From the NCBI RefSeq assembly GCF_004010195.1, contig NC_057717.1, positions 27,685,580-27,745,314 of the forward strand: DNA of 59,735 nucleotides. Direction: 5' to 3'. The notes beneath the pieces were generated by a model. It ran no database searches and was not told where the DNA came from. It saw nothing but the letters and a program-made list of their open reading frames with translations. This stretch comes from Chiloscyllium plagiosum (lineage: Eukaryota). The position numbers and the translations under genes are program-made. Below are positions 50,458-59,735 of this stretch, one piece after another; within the stretch, counting starts at the first letter, position 1, and the number at the start of each line of letters is the position of its first letter.

Positions 50458-52634
50458 GGCCATCGGAAGGGGCAGGCTTACAGCTTCCGCATGTTGGTTT
50501 CCTGCTGGAGGCTCAGACTGGATCCTGGTATCAGCTTGCACAGCCCGAACACATGGGGTCATGTTTTTACATGAGGTTCTGCTTACACATGGACACATAC
50601 ACATCTTGGGATAGTGGTTTTGCTGAATAGCTTTTTGGAAGTAAATTTGAGTGGCTTCAGGTCTGTTTCACATGATAGTTGCACGTATTTTGTTTAAAAA
50701 AAAACAAATTCAACTGGAAGTTAGCTCCCTTTATTTCTACATTCATTCACACGCGGATAAAACTAAAATTAAAGTTCAAACATATAACTAGCTAATAAAA
50801 CAGTTGAGCTTTTCTTCCCTGGATACTGCAAGTCTCTGTCGCACTCAAAATAACATGTAATTCATACTAAACATTTCAAAATTCAATTTAGGCAACTGAA
50901 TACAGAGCGTGTCCAAAGTGATTATACTTAGAATATTCAATTAGAAGTTAATTCCCTTTAATCCTACATGCCACCACAAGCAGATAAAGCTAAAAAGAAC
51001 TTCAATAATATTATTAGCCAAAAAAGTGAATGACTTTATTTTTGCTGTCACTCAAAGTCTCTCTCACATTACAAAATAACATACCATTTCTAATCTGGGT
51101 TTCTAAATTCAGTTTCAGCAACCTAATATAGAGCATGTCTAAAGTGATTATGTTCAGAATGTGAGTGTATGTCACTAAACAGTTTGGACCCGGAGATTAG
51201 AAGCACCTCCTTACATTGCAGAATGTCTCTCCCTGCATCTTTTTTTTCAAATTGCTCCGACACTAAAATGCACAGTAAAGGAAAGCTGTGTGCCTGAGAA
51301 ACAAAATGTGAGTCCGCAGTGATACACAACACCGAGGTAAACTTTTGAAAGAGCGTCTAATGAACTAGAACAAAACAGTCCATAAGTTTTTTTTTTTAAA
51401 TCCTCAATGTCTAAACCATTGCCTGTAACAGTCTGGGTACATCAGGAATGTTTTGTTAAATTAGAGAGTATTACAGTAATAATTACCACGAATGTAGGTT
51501 ATAAACAGTACATTTCTCTGCTCACTGATAGCTCTGACAGGGCAGTTAACTCATTAAAATCAGCAAAAATTCGCTGTTACACTACACCAGTGTTAACCAT
51601 GTATAAAGGGCCCACTCAGTTTTAATGAGATACATGAATCAGAGAATGGTGTAACAAGTGATGTGAGTTTGAACCAATTCAATTTTGTTAATTTACTTTG
51701 AGATGATAACAAATGTTACTGCAATGTGGGATTTTGGATCCATTAACTTCATATGCAGGAGCTTTAAAGATACACAATAAACAGACTGAACCAACCAGAA
51801 CGTCATTGCATTCAATGTTCTGTTTTCTGATAGTCATACAGTGAATGCTGTATTCAGTGACTTTCCTTTTAAAGGGAGAAATGCCAAGTGAAATGTATTC
51901 ATTGTGAGTAAATGGGAAAATATAATTTGTTTGGTAGGACTTTATTTTAGTTGATTCATTTTCCCTTTAATCGTCCCGATACAATAGTTGCCAGCAATTA
52001 AGCTGACTGCAGAAAAGGTCATTGAGTTCCCAGTTTCATTTACTGGAAGCAGGTGGAGTTTCCGTAGTGGATCAGAGATATTTTGTCTCACTGTTGACCA
52101 GTTGGTGGAAAGCCAACTGCAAAACATAACCACCGCCTCCGCAGAAACAAATCGACTCAGCAACAATACTGGAGAAACGTTTATTTTCAGTTGTGTAACT
52201 TGGAGAACTAGTCACTCCTCTCATTGAAGGAAATATTCGCAAAGTCTCAGACACAACCTTAACATCAACAGTTCATTCAAGGATCACTACAGCACTGTTT
52301 AATATTGAGAAAAATTGATAAACAGTAATAGAGTCATGTAGTGATACAGCATGGTTACAGACCCTTCGGTCCAACCAGTCCATGCCAGTCATAATCCCAA
52401 ACTAAACTAATCCCACCTGTGTGTACTTGGCCCATATCCTTCCAAACATTTGATATTCATTTAGTGATCCAAATGTCTTCGAAAGGTTGTAAGTATCCAC
52501 CACCCAATCATCCCACACACAAACCATTCTCTGTATAAAAGGTTGTCTCTGATATCCTGTTTAAAATTTTTCGCCTCTCATTGGAAAAACATGTTCCCTA
52601 TTGTTGAAATCCCCCACTATAGGGAAAGTACACC

Positions 52635-53124
52635 AATTGAAAACAATCCCAGCTCCAAACATTTACAAAATATCACTATGGATCTTCCTCGAATCCAAAA
52701 AAGATTGTCCCCTTTGATCAATGATTTGTAAAATTTACTCGCGTATCTACTATGATAGACGTTTTCAAACAACTTCTTAAGTGCAAATGGTTCACAACAA
52801 TCAGATTAAAGTAACATTTCGTGCGCTACCACACACACACAAAAAACAAGTTTGTTGACACGAATTGCTCTGAGGAAGTCTACGATGGATTCTTTTATCA
52901 AACAAAATCATTTCCAATGTTGAGTGCTCGTCTATCTTCTGTGCAATGGTCTGAATTTTAAGTTGTGTCTGACTGCAGATGAAACTGGCTGAAGTGGGTA
53001 AAAGTATCGTTTCTGCCTTTCACGTTGGTAATGTATATTGCTGACTTTAGTTGAATAAAGTGATGTTGTCCCAGGCATCGTCTGGCACCATTAATTAGAC
53101 CATTAATTCCCACATCGCTAGCCA
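52635..53124 (+). repeat. Long inverted repeat, left arm
   Basis: Reverse complement of 54677-55161 (e.g. ccaggcatcgtctggcaccattaattagaccattaatt vs aattaatggtctaattaatggtgccagacgatgcctgg). Confidence 0.93.
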
Positions 53125-54171
53125 TAGGGTCAGGTGGAGTTTATTGATATGTGATATTTTTGAAACGAAAGCTTCGTACATTTCCAGTATGAATCATGTC
53201 AATTAGAGCCATTCACCTTTCCACTCATGGCTTTATAAACTTGTATGAGGTCACCCCCCCCCCCCCCCCCCCCCCCTCCCGCCCGACGTCTCACCCTCCA
53301 GTGAAACAAGTTCCAGTCTATCTGGATTTCCAACATGATTCCATTCCCTCACATTCTGCTGTGAAAGATCCTCCTGCAACCCCAGGTGCACAAAGAGCGT
53401 CCCTTGTTACTAGTTCAAAGAAACGAAAGGAACTTCTCCAACCATATTGTTCAATTTTAGTTTCAAACACCATAAAAAATAAATGTTCATGTCATTGCTG
53501 ATTTATGGGAGAATTCCGTGTACATAGTATCTGCTGAAATACCTGCAGTACCATCCTGAATCTGGTTCGCAGGTTCATCTGTTGCTCACAAATGCAACCA
53601 GACATCAGGGAATAGTGAACATCGCCCACCCCCACCCCTCCACCCTTCCCCTCTGTACTTTGCACTTTGTGAAATCCGTGTTGTCAATAATCAGTTAAAA
53701 GAAAGTTTTTTTGAAACTTTCTTAATTCATGTTGCTGAACTTGGCTGAATAAAGGTATGTTGCTGTCAGCATTTCTGGGGAACATGTCTACATTTTTTCA
53801 TGTCAGTTTACAATGATATTAAGTCAAGAATAGTCAAGATATCCTGAGGAACAACATTTAGAAATGGGCCTATTAGCTCCTCAGGGCTGGTCCAACTGTT
53901 TGAGTATTGATACAGTTCTGCCCCTACTTTTTCCCCATAAGCCAGGATTTACAGCATTGGAGATCATATCTATGTTGATAATGTGTTAGACCCTACACAA
54001 TGTTCCCGAATGTTGACAGTGCTATCACCTGCACGATTATGGACAACATGCTATAAAGTGGGTGTTCGCTGGAAGGCTCTGTCTTCACGTGATACAGATG
54101 CGATGGGTGAAGTGATCTCTTTCTGTCGTGAAAACTTTCTACTACTCGAAATTCATCTTTCCTACTTTGTC

Positions 54172-54583
54172 TCCAGGATGTTGCCTGGAATGGAGAATAT
54201 GTCGTACGAGGATAGGTTGAGAGTGCTAGGCCTTTTCTCATTGGAAAGGCGAAGGAAGAGGGGTGACTTGATAGAGGATTATAAGATGATCAGGGAATAG
54301 ATAGACAGAGACTTTTTCCCCGGATACAACAGAGTGTTACAAGGGGACATAAATTTAAGGTGAAGGGTGGAAGGTATAGGGGAGATGTCAGGGGTAGGTT
54401 CTTTACCCAGAGAGTGGTGGGGGCATGGAATGCGCTGCCTGTGGGAGTGGCAGAGTCAGAATCATTGGTGACCTTCAAGCGGCAATTTGATAGGTACATG
54501 GATAGGTGCTTAAGCTAGGACAAATGTTTGGCACAACATCGTGGGCCAAAGGGCCTGTTCTGTGCTGTATTGTTCTATGTTCT
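54172..54583 (+). mobile_element. Young CR1 3' end (same subfamily as 45111-47367)
   Basis: RMLPGMENMSYEDRLRVLGLFSLERRRKRGDLIE; near-identical to the reverse complement of 45115-45530. Confidence 0.93.
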
Positions 54584-54676
54584 TTGTCTCGTTCAGAGGC
54601 TCTACTTCACATGATTCATACTGGAAATATTCCAAGCATTCGTTTCAATGAGATCAATACACTCCAACTGATAGTC

Positions 54677-55161
54677 TGGCTAGCGATGTGGAAATTAATG
54701 GTCTAATTAATGGTGCCAGACGATGCCTGGGACAACATCACGTTATTCAACTAAAGTCAGCAATATACATTAACAACGTGAAAGGCACAAACTGTACTTT
54801 TATCCAGATAAGCCAGTTTCATCTGCAGTCAGACACAAAATTCAGACCATTGCACAGAAGATAGACGAGCCCTCACAACATTGGAAATGATTTTGTTTGA
54901 TAAAACAGTCCATCATAGACTTGCTGAGAGCAACTCGTGAATATTGCTTGATTTCTTTTTTGTGTGGGGTAACACATGAAATGTTACTGTATTCCGACTG
55001 ATGTAAACCATTTGCACTTCAAGTTATTTGAAAACGTCCTTCACAACAGATATGTGAGTAAATTTTAGAAATCATTGATCAAAGGGACAATTTTTTTTTG
55101 GATTCAAGGAAGATCCATAGTGATAGTTTGTAAATATTTGGAGCTGTGATTGCTTTAAATT
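54677..55161 (-). repeat. Long inverted repeat, right arm
   Basis: Colinear reverse-complement match to 52635-53124 with small indels. Confidence 0.93.
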
Positions 55162-55714
55162 TTGAACTAAGACATTGGCATACAGTGCACAACTTCACAA
55201 TTTGCTGTAACATGAAACTCGCAACCGCTGTGAACCTGGAAGGCTACGGTTCAAAATTTAACAAGGACCTCGCAAGGTACGTGGAATGGACCAACGAATG
55301 ATTCATAAAATTTAACAAAGGCATTTCTGAAATGATTAATTTAGCTAGGAAGAATGTCGAGACACAAATTCACATCTCTGTTTGCATTTCAATATACTAT
55401 AAATTACTTTTCTATTATATCCTAAAATGCTTGTGCCTTTGTTCATATTTAATACACTCTATCTTGTTCCGGTGTTAAGATAGTTTCTTTATTTATTTCA
55501 CTCAAGACTGTATGCTGTATTTTTGCCTCAGTATTGACCAAACTCGGTTTGGTGCCAGCTTATATCACTTGAGCTGCTTTTTCAGGAAGTGAATCTCTCC
55601 ACCTGTTATGTCAAAATAATCTGTTCGTGCTTAGATCAAAATAAATCCTGTTAATATCATCCCAAATTCATGCTCGGTTATTTTGTATTTATTCATTGGA
55701 AATGAACAGAATAT

Positions 55715-56655
55715 GACCGGACTGTTCTTGGTGGAGTGGGAGAGGGAGTTAAAGTGGTCAGCCACGGGGCCGTGGGGTTGGTTGGCACGGGTGTCCCAGA
55801 GATGTTCTCTGAAATGAACCGCAAGTTAGTGTCCTGTCTCCCTGACGTAGAGGAGACCACATCAGGCGGAACAGACACAGGGGATGACATTTGTGGAAGT
55901 ATAGACAAATTTCTCTGGGATGTGGTAGAATCATTTGGGGCCTTGTCGGAGGTGAGGAGGGCGGTGTGAGCTGATGGAGGGGCATGGACCTGACTAGGGA
56001 GTCACGGAGGGAATGGCGTCTCCGGAATGCAGATAGGGGTAGGGAGGGAAATATACCCCGAGTGATGGGGTCTGTTTACTGGTGGTGGCAGCAGCGGAGG
56101 ATGATATGATGTATGCGAGGTTGGTGCGGTGGAAGATGAGGACCAGGAGGGCTCCCTGTTGCGATTGGAGGGATGGGATTCAAGGGCATGGTCGACCACA
56201 TGGGAGGGGAAATTGCAGTCTTTGAAAAAGGAGGTTATCTGGGATGTTTTATGGTGGAACTGGTCCTCCTAGGAGCAGGTGCAGTGTAGGCAGAGGAAAT
56301 GACAATAAGGGATGGCATTTTTACAGGAGGTCGGGTGGGAGGAGTGTAGCCCAGGTAGCTGTGGGAGTCAGTGGGCTTGTAGTAAATGTTGAGTCGGTCA
56401 CTGGAGATAGAGGTGGAGAGGTCCAGGAAAGGGAGGAAGGTGTCCGAGATGGTCCCTGTGAAGTTTAGGTCAGTGTGGAAGGCTTTAGTAAAGTTGATGA
56501 ACTGTTCAGCCTCCTAGTGGTAGCATGAGGTGGCGTTCAGACAATCATCAATGTAGCGCTGGTAAAGGTGGGCAATGGTACCAGTGTAGGTATGGAATAT
56601 TGACTGTTCTACATATCTGACGAAGAGGCAGGCATAACTGGGGTCCATACAGGTG
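55715..56655 (-). mobile_element. Degraded Penelope-like RT/GIY-YIG fragment
   Basis: Minus strand shows GPSYACLFV and a YIDD-like motif (~56545-56560), FLDL, LDY.S.HP remnants. Confidence 0.75.
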
Positions 56656-57383
56656 TCAATATTCATGAAAATAATTAACAGTTAGACCAAGCTCTTTCAA
56701 AGAGAGAGGATTTGGAAAGATTGAAACCATACAGTGCTGTGCTTTATTTGAATTCAATGTCGGTCAGAGTTAGATACAGCCAAGGTGGTCTCTCCATATA
56801 TTGATTCTGTTAATCTGACACACCAACATACCTGTCTTTACAAAACTGTATTATTTGTTTAGTTGATCAAAATTTAGGAAACAGATCAAACAGAATGTAT
56901 TCGGCTGGGAAGGTGATGGATACAGAAGACAGAATCAAAAACTGGGAACATTAAATCTGAAGAGAGAGTAACAAGTAGTACAAGATGAAAGACATGAAAA
57001 GGTGCATGTCGAAATGTTCCAGACGTTAGTGAATCGAATGAGCTTGTTAGATGGTCGAGAGACTCGTCCAATGATGTCCTGGAATCAGACCGTGAAACAG
57101 AGATCGAAATGTCGATTTGCAAATGTCACTTCAATATGATCGCTTCATACTCTGTGTCCTGATATAGGCCACATTGGCAGATGTTTCCGCCAGATTGCAT
57201 CCCCTGGGTTTATTTTATGATCAGAAGTGAGATATGTGGCTTGCTGCTGGCACAAAGAAACAGGAAGTTGTGTGCCAGCTGAGAATGATACACCAGGCGC
57301 TAATTTCCGTATTATCAGCACAAACAGTCTTCCTGCCTCTGAGGGTGAACACACAGTGATAGTGTCAAGAACAAACGGGCAGA

Positions 57384-57649
57384 TTGTTGTTGGTCTCAAC
57401 ATTGTATTCAATTCCATTCCCATTTTCCAGAATGAAACAGAAGAGACACAAGATTATTTCCGTCAGAGAGATAAGAAGAGTTATCAGCGGGTGAAAGGAG
57501 CTAAAACAGGTTGTTGTTGGTCTCAACATTGTATTCAATTCCATTCCCATTTTCCAGAATGAAACAGAAGAGACACAAGATTATTTCAACTAGAGTAAAT
57601 TATCCGTCAGAGAGATAAGAAGAGTTATCAGCGGGTGAAAGGAGCTAAA
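57384..57649. repeat. Recent 127-bp tandem duplication
   Basis: ttgttgttggtctcaac...ggagctaaa starts at 57384 and 57511; copy 2 has an extra 17 nt (aactagagtaaattatc). Confidence 0.93.
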
Positions 57650-57779
57650 TGACAATGTGTAGTTTCACTCATAAACCTATATTTAAAAATAGAAAGCTTG
57701 AGGGAAGTTAATAGATAAATCTAAGAGACAGCATTCATTAAAAATTGGAATTGTAAGGTTTAAGCAATAAAATTCAGCA

Positions 57780-59735
57780 TGGCTTTGGTGGAAGTGATAT
57801 CATATCGGAAGTGGTTGATTCTGTTTTCCGGAGAGGCAATGAGATGTGACATCGGGTGTAAAATGTGGATGTAATGCTTCTTGAATTCAATCCAGTATTT
57901 GACCAGATCTTGCGTCTTCAATATGGTAAGTGTTCATGGGATCTGGTGCAGTTTGGCAAATGCATCGAAGGTTTATTTGTTGGCAGAAGGTAATGGTCGA
58001 AGGTAGTCATTGTGAAGACATCTTGTGTCCAGTGGCTTACTATATGACTTGGTGCTGGATCCTTTGCTGTTTGCAGCGTATATGAACGATCTAGTCAAGA
58101 ATGTAGCAATTCTGATCAGTAAGTTCAAAGATGAGGTGAAAAATGTTTGCTTTTACATTTAATGAGGAGGAAAGCCAGTGTGACATCGATGAGCTTGCCT
58201 GTCGGAGAGAAGAATTGAAAACAGAACATTATATCCTAAAGTCTGTGAAGTAAAGCATTTTCGAGACTAACAATTTAAGCGAATATACGATGCATTGTTG
58301 GGATCTACACGATACAAAGGATAAGCGATCTTCTGTTGTGAACATCCACATCATGGAATGGGGGTTGGAGTTATAGTCTGGAGATATTGTGACTGGACCA
58401 TTAATTCAGGAAACAGGGGTCTGAGCCCGCAGTGCTGCCACATCAAGTTGTGAATTAAAATTTAACAACTCATTGAAGGAATAAGCTCCACAGATATTCC
58501 CTTGCTCTGCTTTGGAGAGCACAACACATCAACGCAAAAGTTAAGGCTGAAGCATTCACAGCAATCTTCAGCCAGAAGTGCTAATTGTCTGATCTATCTC
58601 GGCATCTTCCATAGATCACCAATATCACAGATACCTGTCAGCAGGGAATTCCATGTGAAATCAAGACACTGTTGGGCGGGAAGGGGGGCGGGGGGGGGGG
58701 GGGGTTACTGCAAATGCTATGGAGCCTGACAAAATTCTGGCAACAATACTGATGATTTGTGCTAGCCAATCACTCCCCGTACAGCTAAAACACTGGCATG
58801 GACAATGTGGAAAATAGGCCAGCTACGTCTTGTGCACAGAAAATAGGTCAAACCACCCTGGCGAATTACTGCCCCATCAGTCCATGCTCAATCATGAGTT
58901 AGATGTAGGGAGGTGCTATCAAGCAGCACTAGCTCAGCAATAACCTGTGTAAATGTGGGTTACGCAAGGCCTACTCAGCTCATGTCTGAATTACAGACTT
59001 GATTTAAACATGGACAAAGAACTGAATTCCAGAAATGAGGGGAGAGTTACAGCCCTTCACATTAAGGTCACATTCGACAGAGTGTGATATTATGGAGTCG
59101 TAGCAAAACTGGATTCAATGGTATTAGGCGACAAACTCCCTGCTGCCTGCAGTCATATCTCACACATTCGAAGATGGCTCTGGTTGTTAGAGGGCAGAAG
59201 TCTCAGCCAAAGCAAATCTCTGTTGGAGTTCCTGAAGAAAGTGTCCTTGGCCCAATCATGTTCAGCTGCTTCAGCAATGACCTTCCCTCCATGAAGGTCA
59301 GAAGTGAAATCTGCATTAATCTCGCACTTTTTTGTGACTCCTCAGTCCACATTCAAACGCAACAAAATCTGGACAATATCCAGACTTGAGCTGACAAGTG
59401 GCACATAGCATTCACACTAAAAACTACGAGACATTGACCATTGACAATAAGAGACAATCTAACCAAAACCCCTTGACATTCAATAGTGTTACCATCACTG
59501 AATCCCTCACCATCGACACCCTAGGTTTTATTGTTCATTAGAAATTGAGCTGGACACTCCACATAAATACAATGGTTGTACGAGCAGGCCAGAGACGAGG
59601 AATACGACAGCGAGTAACTTACCCTCCTGACTCGCAAAGCCAATTGACTGTCTAAGAGACAGAGGTCAGGAGGCTAATAGCACAGCTCACCCCTTGACTG
59701 GATAGGAGCAGCTTCAACTGCACTCAAGAAGCTTG
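57780..59735 (+). mobile_element. Highly degraded CR1/L2-clade LINE RT fragments
   Basis: NYCPIS, ALHIKVTFDRV, GVPEESVLGPIMFSCFSNDLPS, QQNLDNIQ remnants. Confidence 0.75.

Noticed and set aside
51988-52227. ORF with FTGSRWSFRSGSEIFCLTVDQL, faintly like V-domain framework 3
   Set aside because: No YYC, no WxxQ, no RSS or splice context; chance resemblance.
53600-53630. Sequence loosely resembling reverse-complemented C-mu1 DYSPD codons
   Set aside because: The translation does not give an Ig C domain, and it lies upstream of V.
57270-57282. TGTGCCAGC (CAS, TCR-beta-like V end) upstream of the orphan heptamer
   Set aside because: About 70 bp from the heptamer, followed by a stop, with no V framework upstream.

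Overview
Eukaryotic DNA, not prokaryotic: repeat-dense cartilaginous-fish (shark-like) genomic sequence with three assembly gaps (17318-17785, 19742-19877, and exactly 500 N at 47368-47867). Most of the window is transposable-element debris: many CR1-clade LINE copies of different ages, one degraded L1/Tx1-like LINE, two decayed Gmr1-type Gypsy LTR retrotransposons (integrase upstream of RT), Penelope-like elements with GIY-YIG and hammerhead-ribozyme motifs, and tRNA-derived SINEs. The main host feature is a minus-strand immunoglobulin heavy-chain (IgM-type) minicluster at about 49.4-50.5 kb. It has a TATA box, split leader and intact VH, but the VH is already fused to D-like sequence with no V RSS. 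It then carries a 12-spacer RSS, about 330 bp of spacer, and an unjoined JH with a 23-spacer RSS. This is a germline-joined VDD-J configuration, and the JH ends in an in-frame TGA. No C-mu exon is visible downstream; the 500-N gap intervenes. Also present: a first coding exon of a GPR139-like GPCR with a 14-aa N-terminal repeat and no visible second exon, a ~490-bp long inverted repeat upstream of the VH, a ~44-bp tandem array in the J-C intron, two orphan RSS-like motifs, and an old segmental duplication (~14.8-16.1 kb vs ~37.9-39.0 kb). All calls were made by eye; TE boundaries are approximate.
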